In this document: piece after piece, positions 15,401 through 26,194 of the stretch | How the letters are laid out: each line of letters begins with the position of its first letter | Position numbering within the stretch: position 1 is the first letter of the stretch | Assembly (NCBI RefSeq): GCF_001949145.1 | Contig: NW_019091355.1 | Location: 2,462,646-2,526,645, forward strand | Length of the DNA stretch: 64,000 nt | Direction of reading: 5' to 3' | From: Acanthaster planci | Lineage: Eukaryota | Notes under the pieces: generated by a model | Databases searched by the model: none | Told to the model about the DNA's origin: nothing | Seen by the model: only the letters and a program-made list of their open reading frames with translations | Program-made: the position numbers and the translations under genes

Positions 15401-15555
15401 TGGAATCCAATCGGGAAGAATCCGCCAACATACACCGGTAGAGGTTCATCGCCGTCTCGGTAGGCGAATGCCATTCCTCCTAACTCGGGTAGTTCATCAA
15501 TACAGACTGCTATCGTCAGAAGCAAGCAGACCGTTGGCGGAACGCCAAACCGCAT
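221..15555 (-). CDS. GABA-B receptor-like class C GPCR (Venus flytrap + 7TM); 14 coding exons in window, 3' end lies beyond the left edge
   Basis: Exons 15555-15289, 13477-13340, 10134-9967, 8966-8859, 8694-8629, 8104-7913, 7669-7433, 7230-7167, 6576-6496, 5451-5301, 4353-4221, 2765-2652, 1827-1705, 401-221 join in frame with GT-AG ends. Motifs: signal peptide, VYVGGFFP, AVDHVN..ILDGYEL, DARVII, YVWILPGWY, AYD, IKISSPLINNLIVLGC, FGSLLVKTYR, YGFKGILLVFGVFLSWENRN..LNDS, all typical of GABA-B receptors. Confidence 0.93.
472..748. mobile_element. Fold-back MITE, family A
   Basis: Left and right halves are long imperfect reverse complements (aatggaccgattgcgcc...ggtatcaaacat / atgtttgatacc...aaatcgctctatt); a related partial copy lies at about 10665-10960. 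Confidence 0.75.
1705..1827 (-). CDS. GABA-B-like GPCR exon 13 (TM4)
   Basis: DLPDKKLIFVVLGLVLVDCIIIILWVFVGQSTVNTFHLEAQ; donor GTAAGT. Confidence 0.9.
2652..2765 (-). CDS. GABA-B-like GPCR exon 12 (TM3)
   Basis: VKVGLICVGISLSFGSLLVKTYRIFAIFQKAVARFKKI. Confidence 0.92.
4221..4353 (-). CDS. GABA-B-like GPCR exon 11 (TM2)
   Basis: AIKISSPLINNLIVLGCLLLYSSVFVSGLD...LLCH. Confidence 0.92.
5301..5451 (-). CDS. GABA-B-like GPCR exon 10 (stalk + TM1)
   Basis: GSGVPIDGRT...GIFTVAGFGVLLALLFLALNIALRNQR. Confidence 0.9.
6496..6576 (-). CDS. GABA-B-like GPCR exon 9
   Basis: DGQPVRITNYLADGDYKNIPNATIRWK; phase 1/1 fits neighbouring exons. Confidence 0.8.
7167..7230 (-). CDS. GABA-B-like GPCR exon 8
   Basis: DLVVIGEEGVRHSTVYVEQFQ(G); TTTTCCGCAG acceptor, phase-1 donor. 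Confidence 0.82.
7433..7669 (-). CDS. GABA-B-like GPCR exon 7
   Basis: KPFPEQ...IYAYDCLFTMAMALN...FEYGDKNMAEILLRNTLKAEFVGLT. Confidence 0.9.
7913..8104 (-). CDS. GABA-B-like GPCR exon 6
   Basis: VYKAKLFGAKYVWILPGWYPDGWW...FNGV; donor GTAAGT. Confidence 0.92.
8629..8694 (-). CDS. GABA-B-like GPCR exon 5
   Basis: RHDARVIITAFYPDPAAKLFCK. Confidence 0.9.
8859..8966 (-). CDS. GABA-B-like GPCR exon 4
   Basis: NMAKLAHQLRENNITVLTTEAVTDPDNSDEQIQSLK; CAG/GTA ends. Confidence 0.87.
9218..9490 (+). mobile_element. tRNA-derived SINE with V-domain-like core
   Basis: A-box-like TGGTGTAGTGA, B-box-like GGTTCAGTTCC, then GTGGGTTTT...GGTTTTCCTCCCAC and an A-rich tail. Confidence 0.65.
9967..10134 (-). CDS. 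GABA-B-like GPCR exon 3
   Basis: VVIASSTTLKDRARYP...NPTRVAFVKRMGWRRVALIFEDNEYFRQ. Confidence 0.9.
10723..10886. mobile_element. MITE family B (about 170-190 bp), inserted inside a family-A MITE remnant
   Basis: ATATGAAGCAAGA...TTTCTTGCTGGATAT termini; same family as 37511, 37717 and 45521. Confidence 0.75.
13340..13477 (-). CDS. GABA-B-like GPCR exon 2
   Basis: GSPANALGLLNDFIQNGPPVVMTWGPMFSSVAVVVNEVVPLYGIVQ; AG acceptor, GTGAG donor, phase 0/0. Confidence 0.88.
15289..15555 (-). CDS. GABA-B-like GPCR exon 1 (signal peptide, start of VFT)
   Basis: MRFGVPP...VYVGGFFPIG...ILDGYELRMRWNWTQ; donor CAG|GTATGA. Confidence 0.9.
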
Positions 15556-18235
15556 GGTGAACAGTACTGCTCTATACAGTTAGAAACTAACGGTCATTAC
15601 CTGGGGACTGGTGAAAATTTAAAAGAAGATGGTTTTCACATTGCCCTTTTTTTGGGGGGGGGGGGGTTGGTGACAACTTGTAGAGAAATGAAGTCTACCC
15701 CTTGACAACTTCTCTCTTTGACGCCATATTTCAAGTCTGTGCACCTTTGTGCAGTTAAGCATACACTCTCAGAGCCTTCAAAGTTTCAGGCTGGCAGGCG
15801 TTGAGGAAACGCGTTTTGTTTTGTTCGTCATTTCGCCTCGAGCAAGCTGTTTCCAACAGTTCAGCCACAGCTCGTCGTGTTAATTGCCACCCTCGCTGTC
15901 CGAAACTGAAGACCGTTGCGGCGAAGTTGTGACGAGCAGCAAAATGATGAATATTGATCCGAAGCACTTATAGCCTTAATTCAAGTCTGTTGCTATTGGC
16001 GGGTTCAGTTTATTATATATACATATATCTTATATCTTAATTGTAAATGGCTACATCGCGATAGTCACGTGCAGCCCTATGCGATGGCGTTCTCAAAGTC
16101 ACACGTGTTATCACAAAGCTGTGCGTTATGTGGTCCATCAAGACTTTAATATTTTAGAATCCCAGTTTAAGGTTGAATGTTTGACAAAAGATGCACACTT
16201 CTCTCTAAACAATACTCAAGACGTGCGGTTAAGTCATCTGAAAAAAACTGTTATTTCTATTGTACACATGTTGGGAGTACTACTCTACCAACAAGCGTTC
16301 GAATTTATCAACGCCCTTCAACCGTACGTTGAATCAAAGTTGATCATTTCTAATCGATCAATCTTACGGAGTGAAACTGTCTATGACGCGCTGTTATGAA
16401 GTGGAAACTAACATTTTATGTCGGAAACCCGATGGACATGACGTTTACATGACAAAGCTGTTGGTCTATACAATTTATCCCATGTCTCACTGCTGAACGA
16501 AGGGGGGTACAAAGTGGTGCACACTCGAAGCGTAAAACATCCTCTCCACTATTGACGAAGAGACCGTACTTGGTAGAGAACTCGATGCAATTTTTAATAC
16601 CCCTACTGTGAATACCACTTAACCGTATGGTATTTTTTTATGCACCAGGTTGCTTTACAAAGAATCATAATGATGTGGGACAGAAGGTCACCAAACGTGC
16701 TCTTGAAAGGGCAAAATTCATCATAAAATGCCACATAATTATAATGGCACGGGAAAGATTACCTTGTCATAGGACATCACGTGTGCGAACGCCATTTGGA
16801 CAAGAACTTTCCTTTTCCATTCTCCGGGCAATAAAAAGTGGTATTTCAATCTACATGGTTCTGAATATTTTCTTTTACCTTTGGCAAAGGGGTCTGTAGT
16901 ATACGGAGGCATATTAATTGGGTGTATATTTATGTTGTACAGGCTTTATTTGCGTTGGCAGATATCAAGCGTTAGGCTAAAAGTATATTGAGGCATCAGT
17001 TAAAATGTATATTTTCTGTTCCATTAATGCGCAAAATTAACGTTAACGATTAAATTTCCCTTAAGTTTTAGCGCGAGAAGAAGAGAGGATAGTACGTCTG
17101 CCATAACGGGTAACTTGAAAAGGTAACAGTTGAGATACCTCTCTTGGAGGTTTTGGTTTCATTTCAACCGCAAATCCATCATTTTTTATACATTCAGTCC
17201 GGCCAAACTGGCGCTGAGCATGTATGAGATCGCTTCACAAAGGGGAACGGTACGGAGCTGCTATATTTCTTGTTTTTAAGTTGTCACCAATCTGCTACAC
17301 CCCACATTCTGCCTCCCCAGAAGAATACTCCATCCTCCCGAGTATTCAAAATTCAATTACATAAACCCGTGCCTTTCAAATTGCCTTGAAGCATGGAATA
17401 CTTCGGTCTCTGTGGGCTTAATTATTTTTCCAGTTGTATCCCCATAGGAATTTTACTCAAAATTCAGCGTCAATTACTGACTACATTGTCTACCCATGGC
17501 AAATTGAGGCATCGAATTCTTTCGCCTAGTTACACACCGGAATTGATTTGTCAAATTCGTTACTTCCCAAAAAAGCTAGGACCTTGTGGGACTGACCGTC
17601 AGAGTTTCACTTATTTTAAAAAAGGAGCTTTGTAGAAAAATTACCTGTCAAGGGACTGAACCCATTGCAAGGATTTCTTGATTTGCGGAGTGAGCCAGTT
17701 CAGTTTTTCAAAAAAAGGGGTCTTTGGGGAACAACAAATTATGGAATAAAAAAGGACTGTTTATTCTATATCTATGAGGGCCGCGCTAATACGGAAGACC
17801 TCGCACGCCGTGTATGTGTCTGAATGACCTCGGACACGCTTCATTTTACGCACGCGCTGTTGGAAACCCCAATTAGGTCATTCTGGCCTTGCCAGACGTC
17901 GCTGATAACCCGATAAAAATGGAAAACTTTGAGAAAGAGGGCAGCGAAGGTCCGATAAAGCACTCAAAGAAACAAACAAGGTCTGGTTGCAAATAAAAAC
18001 ACTTAAAATGTCGCAGTAGATGTCAACCAATTCGAGAAGCTCTACCTAAAATAAGCCTTCTCAGAATTTCCTTGCCTCGTACTGTATTTTTTTAGGCCGA
18101 GTGATGAGGGCAATATTATGCTACTTTATTAAAAAGATCTGCACAGAGAGGCACATGGTGCCTTAAAGGGTAATGTTTATATAGGTTGACTTGATCCCAG
18201 AAGTTTTTGCGATTCACGCCCCTATCCGCCCTGAG

Positions 18236-18478
18236 CTGGGGCCAATTTCACAGAGCTGCATAAGCACTGAATTTGCTTAAGCGCAAGAAACCTTGTTTAA
18301 AAAAGGTTACCAGCTCAAAATCTATGTGATTGTCATGCTAACCAAAAGACTGGTGAATACCATTCCAAAACAATATGTACATCACATGGAGTTTTGGCTG
18401 GTAACCTGATTTGTCAAGCAAGGTTTTTTCATGCTTAAGCAAATTTTGTGCTTGGCAGCTCTATGACATTGGCCCCAG
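18236..18478. mobile_element. Near-palindromic MITE with GGGGCCAAT...ATTGGCCCC termini (PIF/Harbinger-like)
   Basis: ctGGGGCCAATTTCACAGAGCTGC ... GCAGCTCTATGACATTGGCCCCag; internal arms also complementary (GGTTACCAGC/GCTGGTAACC). Confidence 0.75.
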
Positions 18479-21150
18479 AAGCACACTTCGTCGGCTGACT
18501 GGGACTGCTCCTTTTATGGTTGCGATGCAACTGTAATGCGCATTTCATATTCACTTGTGGACCTGCGAAGTGTAGTTCCTACGAAAGGAGCCTGCGTCGT
18601 TAGGGAAATAGCGCCCGCTCTTGGTTCAGCTTGGGGCTCACTTGGGTTAACTAGGCTTCACCTGCAGTACACTGAACTGGCACCAAAATATGCCATTTAT
18701 AGAAGGATATTGGCACTTCGGGCCAGAAGGCAAAAAAAAACCAATGTTCTAGTCTCTAAAGTCATTCCGCTTCGACTGTTGCATGTTGCACGTTAAAACA
18801 AATCTCTTAACAAAACATAAAAAAGATTTCCAACGTCCACCGTGATTACTATCGATAATCGATATGTAATGGGTCCTTATTTGACCGTACTTTTGATTCG
18901 CTTCCGTTGTCAAAACGTATATCAAAATTACTACGTGGCAACTCCGGCAGTAATGCCTTAAAAAATCTTTGCTTTGCTCCACAAGGTCACGCATTGTCAA
19001 TATTGGACAACAGCGACGCTCCCGTCAATGTTGATCCACAATGTTGAGTGTTGAGTGGCATCGTGAGCTCAGCTGGCGTCTCTCGCTGGAGCGCTGGATG
19101 GCTGACGAATCTCAACCATTCACCCGCTGGAAATGCCCTCGCAGGGGGTATACGGTAGCAGGACATCTTAACAAGGATAAAAGCTAATGGAAAATATTGT
19201 GCGTGTTGCCATCAGAAACGTAGGTCGACTAAAGTGACCTGGAGTAACTTAAAGCTTAAAACGAAGCTGGCCCGACGTTTGATCCTAAAGCACAGTCTTA
19301 TTCAAAGGCAGGGCAAAACCTATCGATCTGTTCCGATGTCCTCATTTGGATGAGAAACATCCAAGCAACTTTCGAGGAATGATGCAGTTTTATGGCAATT
19401 CAATTGAACTGACAGACATCTGCACTTCGAGCGCCTTTATGCCCCGATTTTCATGTGGTTAATGCACTTTCCTTATGGTTCTCACACTGGGAAATGTTTT
19501 TACTAAGCCGTTATAAATAAAAGCTTCCACGCGCGTTTAAACCGTACATTATAGCGTGGCATTGACTTCACTTCTAACCATTGGAAACAGCGCGACGTTC
19601 TAAACTCAGTGACGCAATACAAAGCGGGGCTTATGGAAAATGTTAGTGTTTCAAGAAACCTCGGTTGTTGGTATATTTAATACATTGTACATAAATTTCA
19701 AACAAGATAAAGCTAATAAACTGGATCAAAAAGTGGAATGTTGCAACACTCTTCGTATGCCAAGTACGTACAGGTACATGTAGATACCTGCTTGCAACAC
19801 GACCTGAAAAACGCAGACCATGAAAACGCAAAATAAACCACATATACGTGCCATGAATACAACGTAATCATATCAGATGGAGGAGGGCCTTATATATTAA
19901 TCAGAAAATTACATGTCCGATCTGTGATTATTGCACCTTACGGTATACCTATAGTTACTTCATACGTTTCTTGGAATTCTAACCAACTTCTAGTTCTCTA
20001 CTGGAATGGAAATTTCCACATAACTTTGACGATATACTGTATAAACGCTCGTACAGATATAAATAATGAATACCATGACTACCAAATACAAATGTCAAAA
20101 TGTACAAACAGTAAAAATTTACAAATATCCTGCCATTTCGAAAATGTACGAGTGAAATTAATAAACCAATGTAACTATCAATATAGGTCTATTATAAGAA
20201 AATTCATGAATCAAGAAAACTGACGGAAAGTTTCCACCTGCAACTTCGTGTAGTTGCATCAGACAAGTAAACTCACGTCGACATTTCAGGCACACACGCC
20301 TAATAGGTCATTTTAGAAACAAAAGAAAGTTTGACAATTTTAGTCTATTTAGTTAAATTTGAAATGACGTCAGCTCTACTAGGCATTTGAACTTGTCAAA
20401 CGAGATTGGAGACAGAGCTTACGCTCGAGGGTATTGCCAAGATTTTTTTCAGAGGAGCAAAGCAGCGAACTAGCAAACCGTTAGGCTCCGTAGGGAAGAG
20501 GGTACATTCCAAGTTGTTTCCGGGTACATTGCGGATTTTCATCCGGTCATGATCCCCTTCCCTTCCGCTCCTTTCATTTTTACCCGTTTTTCTTTATATA
20601 TTTTTTAGTTTTTTTATTTGGGGGGAGGGGGGAAGCACCCTTACCCTCAACACAATGGACACCCATGCCTATATCACCATGTGTACGTTCGCTTTGTATA
20701 CACATGTATCTGCATCTAAATCACAATCGGAAGGACCATTCAAAATGGAGTGAATGTGGGATAGGCCTATGCGGCTGGGAAAACTCGGAGGTAATATCGC
20801 CAGTTGTGCGGTTATTCTAAAACACCTATGTGTGTATACGCGAGCATATGAATGTGAAATGGACACTGCTTAGTGGGCTGATAACCACAAGAAGCTGTGA
20901 TTTAACCACTGTACTTCAACTTAATTCGGGTCCACAATTGGGAATTGGTTTCGGCGACGAAGCCTGAGACGGAGACGAAGTTGAGTATTGGAAAACGGCT
21001 GTGGCTCAATATATACCCGCTGCGTGTTAAAATTCAAAGGACCTGACCTATAAGTAAGACTAATGCGCAATGGGACTTATGGTAAATTCATTAAGCGACC
21101 CAGGGAACATCGCCTCAGGAAGCTTTGGTCACAGTCAGAAAAACAACAGT

Positions 21151-21990
21151 TCATACTTCTGTATTTCTTTCAGGAATGTCATAACCAAACAAAATAAAAT
21201 CCGCCCGGTATATCAAACACAGCTTCTGGAGCAGGTCGTTTGGCACCTGTGAAAAGTGTTTCCGTAACAAATCTTTTTCCGAGGTGCTTTTCTTCTGTCC
21301 CTGTGCGTAGCTGACTAGTTGATCGATCCGGAGCCGCCTCAGCACATAGGGGATGTCGTCGGCAGCTTCCTCCAGCTTGCCAACGATGTCGTATCTTATC
21401 TGACACGGAAGGTTCTGACCAAATATCGGTTTCCAGTGAGGGTTCGCCCGATGCGCGGGCGAGTCCACCAGGTACCTCACAAATTCGGTCAGGGTCACGT
21501 TTCCCGTGGCCGGCGAGCCGTCAGACTTCTCGCGGTAATTTTCGACGATGCTTCGGCCCATTTTCGAGAAAACGCTGTTGTGGTGGTTGACAAACTTATC
21601 TCTGTACGCAGACAGAATTCGGGCTAGGGGATTCCTAACAAACATAAAGATTGTGTATTTAGACAGACGCTGCTGAATATCTGTCGAATTGAACCTAGGC
21701 ATCCAGTGAATAGCTTTATGGCTATACAACTTCTGATTGGGCACGTTCTTGTAACCACCAAGGTCTTCAACCAGCAATCGTTCCCAATTAGTGGAACCCA
21801 CTTTGTAGACGATGCTGTAGATAAACTGGTGTTCGTCATTTACGATCAGGGGCCGTAGTCTGCCTGGCTGAGTCGCCAGTGAAGTCACACTCTCTAACGA
21901 CATGTTGTAATGATCTGAACATGCTCTGCGAAGAGCATTAATGCGGGTTTCGTGTTTTTCGTCCATCTTTTTCAACCATGCCTGTTCATC
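21151..21990 (-). CDS. Sulfotransferase catalytic exon
   Basis: Long ORF with both PAPS-binding motifs; TTGCAG acceptor, TGA stop. Confidence 0.95.
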   Translation of the reverse strand, partial: DEQAWLKKMDEKHETRINALRRACSDHYNMSLESVTSLATQPGRLRPLIVNDEHQFIYSIVYKVGSTNWERLLVEDLGGYKNVPNQKLYSHKAIHWMPRFNSTDIQQRLSKYTIFMFVRNPLARILSAYRDKFVNHHNSVFSKMGRSIVENYREKSDGSPATGNVTLTEFVRYLVDSPAHRANPHWKPIFGQNLPCQIRYDIVGKLEEAADDIPYVLRRLRIDQLVSYAQGQKKSTSEKDLLRKHFSQVPNDLLQKLCLIYRADFILFGYDIPERNTEV

Positions 21991-23526
21991 CTGCAAATAC
22001 ATGTATAAAAATACGTCAACCCATTTATTTAGAGGTCGTCCATTTTTTTGTTCTTATTATTTTCACAAACCCGCAAATAGTACTCTTTTCTCTGGACTTC
22101 TCAACCATAAATACAGACAATTCACAATACAGCGCGCAACCAAGAGTTTGACTTGAACAGGCCACTTTTCAAGTTTATCGTCGACACGAGCTGCCGTGAT
22201 AAAGCTCACTGCATACTTAATTTGGAGATATTAGGCTGATTGGGCCATTCCGTGCACCACACAAACAATTATTTGGACTACCTAACACCCATTCGCAAAA
22301 AAAGGAATTTTGAATTTTCAACCAAGATAAACAAAAATTCGGGAAAAGTTCAAGCTTTCCGCGCACAACGCAGTTAGAGAATGTAACTTTGTGAACTATT
22401 TATACCATAATGCACTGCAAAAAAGCCTCTCCATAATGACCTCTTGGTGGCGCACTGCATTGTGAATCACCCATATTCATTCTAAGCCAGTTCAGTATTT
22501 CTGAAGGCAAGGTACTTGAGAAACAAAGCATGCGCACGTGTAAGTCAGGTCAGTGCATGGCCACGCTAATAAGGCAAGCCTTGCACTTGTATTGCTGTTC
22601 TTGAGTGGCTTTAGAGCTCAGATACACTTCATTTGGGGCAGGCACTGTTGGAATACCGAAATGACTCATTAATGCCAGGTGATTAACCTAGTATCTGATG
22701 CCTGTGTTTTTAACATCTTTTCCAAGATCAAAGAATTAATAATAGGCACTCTAATCAGCTACATGTACTTAACCATGGCACTTGCATATTTGACTAGCAA
22801 TTAAAACAAAGGAAGTGACTTGCAAGTTGTCCGTAATAAAAGAAATTTAAGGTGCATTCGATTAGCTTAAACAAGTTGACACGTTTAACCTTGCTCCCAT
22901 TATCATGCTTGTTTGACACAGCCCACACAGTGATCCCCTGGTCAGGTTGCCCTGTGTAATCAAACACACCCATAAAAGCATTCCAATGGAGATCTTTTCT
23001 CAGCATAATGTGAAGTTCATGTGCATGTACATGTATGGCACATAATGTACAAGTGGACCAAACACGTAGATTTTCATATCACTGAATGGAGTCTAGAAGT
23101 CAGACCTTCTAAAAATGCTTTATTACCTTCAGATTTGTGTCCGCAACTGGAAAACCAGCTTCTATTTCTTCATCATTACTTAAATCTGACATCTGTCTCT
23201 TTTCAATCAATCCTGCAATACAATAGGTATCGTTTTAAATTTGTAATCGGTCAAATCCAGTTTCACAGGATCATCTGTAAATATTAATGTCCAATCATTC
23301 GAAAATATCTCTGGTGTTCCATGCAGCAAATACTTAGTATCAGGCCAACTTTGCCAAAATCTGAAACATAACCTCCCGCGATAAACTTGGCAAATACTGA
23401 CAATTTACATATCCTAAAATTGTGCTTGCCTTTATTCTTCAGCCAACATGACTTTAGACCCAAGATATACACCACAGCAAAGGCTATTGCCAGCGTCAAT
23501 CCCTTCTTCAGAGAAATACGGGCCAT
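21151..23526 (-). CDS. Carbohydrate sulfotransferase (Sulfotransfer_2, CHST8-14/CHST11-like), type II Golgi membrane protein, about 340 aa, 3 coding exons
   Basis: Exons 23526-23430 (N-terminal TM anchor), 23212-23127 (stem), 21990-21151 (catalytic). 5'-PSB-like YKVGSTNW, 3'-PB FMFVRNPLARILSAYRDKF, HWKP, CQIRYDIVGKLE, YRADFILFGY. Confidence 0.9.
23127..23212 (-). CDS. Sulfotransferase stem exon
   Basis: GLIEKRQMSDLSNDEEIEAGFPVADTNLK; TTGCAG acceptor, AAG|GTAATA donor; phase fits the catalytic exon. Confidence 0.75.
23430..23526 (-). CDS. Sulfotransferase first coding exon (cytoplasmic tail + TM)
   Basis: MARISLKKGLTLAIAFAVVYILGLKSCWLKNK; basic tail then hydrophobic anchor; probable GC donor. 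Confidence 0.75.
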
Positions 23527-24120
23527 AGTTGGATGTGGCTTGAAGATGTGTTCCTAGCAGTGTACACTAACTCAGTGCATCTGATGACAGACTACAGTTG
23601 GTACTGTACCCTTGTTCTACACTGAAATGTAATCAGCCATTAGTGTTCCTGCACACGAAAAAGACACCAATCAAAATTAATTTCGTTAATTAATCAGTTA
23701 GATATAATTTCCATTTTTTTGATCGATCTGCGGATGAGTTATGTTCAGGGTTCATCTTTGTTAAATGCTGTTATTTGTAAATGCAAACACACCACTTGCA
23801 CTGGTGGTAAACAGTGACGGTAGGCCTAGTTCATACCTAGGAGTACCTGGGTTGGATAATCTCTACCCGAACCCCCAATCGCGGCCCGCCTACCTCATAT
23901 AGTATAAATGCACTGGAATTTACCTGACAATACAGCCCTGTACTTCACAATTGTGAGAGTAATTGTTGCGTTGGCCGACTATGAAAGCGGGCGATTTGGC
24001 AAGGGGTTGAGTTTTTAGGTTGGGCATGTTACCGTTTTAGTCCATGTAGGTTAAGTACCGGAGCAGATGAGTAGCAAGTTGCAGCCTACACCACCCATAA
24101 ACAGGGCCCTACGTACATCG

Positions 24121-24223
24121 TCCTTCGTCGATATACCGTATATCGACGAAGGAGTAGTCTATAGCCTAGCCTACGTAGTGTTTACGGGTCGACATCCACT
24201 GGAACTTCCAGTGGAAGTCGACC
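24121..24223. repeat. Two adjacent near-perfect palindromes
   Basis: TCCTTCGTCGATATAC-C-GTATATCGACGAAGGA (24121-24153); GGTCGACaTCCACTGGAA-C-TTCCAGTGGAaGTCGACC (24187-24223). Confidence 0.9.
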
Positions 24224-25299
24224 AGTAGGCCTAACTCAAATGTTCCAGCCTTGACATTTCACATTGCACTCACTGCATGCAGACATGTCATGCATGTCAG
24301 AAATGCAGGTAATACAGTCCCTGTAAATTTCAACAAACAATCGACAGCACTTCACAAGACAAATGGCGGTAACATATGGCATAAATATCCTCCTACCACT
24401 CCATACAGGAATTCTGCGAGAAATCATAGAGACGCTGTGTTACTCCTTCCCGGATCCCCCATCATGGTTCACCTATCCTAACTTGATAACGTGCATGCAC
24501 TCTACGTAATCGAACTCAAAGTAAATAAACTCTAGCCTCGTACCCGCGGCGCCACGCTAGCAGGCATACAAAAGATCACCGGCGCAGAAATCGCGGAGAA
24601 TGAGGTGTCAGGATATCATCTAGACGCAGTTCAAGTCGTGAATTCAGCATAAATCCCGTCTGCTGATCTTGCGCGCGCCCTCTCCTGTTCCAGGCTGCTG
24701 CTACGCTGTGATGCCCCGTGTATGTGTACTGTACGTGTATTTTTGACGCTCTCCACGTCTAACAATGGACGGGGGAGGCGGACAGATTTGGCACAAACGC
24801 GTCGTTGACGCTAATGGAACCGCACGGGGGGGGGGGGACTTTCCTTCTTTGTCTTCACTACCCCTTATGTGATAGATGGTGATGAGAATTAACTATGACA
24901 GATTCAGACAAAGAGAACCAAATTTGTGAACTTCAAGACAAAGTTCCTGTCGGTATTTTGTATATTTCTGAGCATTGAAAGCACTCTCAGAAAAGTACGT
25001 GCAGTACTTTTCACTTTGAATTACATGTGATGAGCGGAATAATATTCTGGGCTTTTCACCGTCCAAATTTAGCAGAGTGGGAAAAGAACACAAAACGCAT
25101 GAAATTGCTGGACACAGGGTTTGCTAATTATCACTTTACACAGATGTATTTTAATAACAAAATTGTCAAATATAAACAGGTAACTCAGTTAAACTGGAAA
25201 GTCAGTCTTCACAATTTTCTCATACGACTAGTTGCTTACCACGACATAAGCAGAATACTCTGTCCTGATTGGCCAAGAGTGTACCTGTGTTACATGGTA

Positions 25300-25487
25300 T
25301 TCACTCCAACCAGAGGTCCTGGTTAATGTACAAGTATTCACAAAGGATGGATTTATCCGAGTACATGAGCAATGGTCTAGATTTCTTAGTGGTACAAAGT
25401 AAATTATACAGGTAAACAACGATATATAACGAGTGAGACGTGATCTGCAGCCTCTGGAATGCTCTGCCAACTGAGCTACCCAGTTTG
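25300..25487 (-). mobile_element. Degenerate tRNA-headed SINE-like fragment
   Basis: Minus strand reads TAGCTCAGTTGGCAGAGCA (tRNA D-arm/A box); no intact cloverleaf. Confidence 0.4.
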
Positions 25488-26065
25488 GGATTATTCCCAA
25501 GTGTCAATACATTTGTTCAGGGGACAACAGTGGGAAGCCATAGTGCAATATAATAGAGAAGAAAGAGAGACATCGTTATAGGAGTTGCACTGCAGTAACT
25601 GTAAAGCTTTCTACTTGAACTGGTTTAATTTACTGTCTTTGATAACGTTGAATGCAAGGGCAGGAGGTGTTGTCCAACAAAGGAAAAGATTTTTCAGTTA
25701 ATCACTGCGCAAATGGCAAGAGGTGGGTGTGATCGGTTATAAACTGAATGTGCACAAATGGTACTGCCTTCATTTTTACAGAAATGCACCTGAGCTTGGG
25801 TGATAATGCAATTGTCTGTTGATTACAGAAGTCATTAGCTTTTATCTGTTGTAAAAACAGACATGCCTAGAGTCTGGAGTACACATCCTTTTAAGTGACG
25901 CATGTCTTGAAAGAAAAATTCATTCATCTGGCGTAAAGCTCGTCATGGTGGCTCAAGGAACTGTGTCCATTTCTGCATTGCAATGGTTGATTATGTCAAA
26001 TGGTATGCCCAAGGACAGCCTTCAGATTTTTAGCCTTTCAGTCCATCAACCTCTGGGAGTGGGAT

Positions 26066-26194
26066 TCACTTTGAAGGTGCTAGGCGTAACAGACTTTCAA
26101 AGTCCGGTGTGCAGACAATCCGATGACTGACTTGTCCTAACCTGGTCATCTCCCCTGTCCTTTCGTCATCGTCTAGCTGGATGGACATCAGATC
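26066..26194 (-). CDS. POLR3D: POLR3D exon 8 (last coding)
   Basis: DLMSIQLDDDERTGEMTRLGQVSHRIVCTPDFESLLRLAPSK*. Confidence 0.92.
   Translation of the reverse strand, partial: DLMSIQLDDDERTGEMTRLGQVSHRIVCTPDFESLLRLAPSK

Noticed and set aside
16545..19320. Penelope-like / hammerhead-like words at about 16550-16590 and 19270-19310
   Set aside because: The catalytic core CUGANGA...GAAA is not intact; at most these are decayed retroelement ends.
23400..23415. In-frame TGA at an alternative splice junction as selenocysteine
   Set aside because: It arises only from a less likely donor, no SECIS was identified, and the GC donor gives a clean frame.
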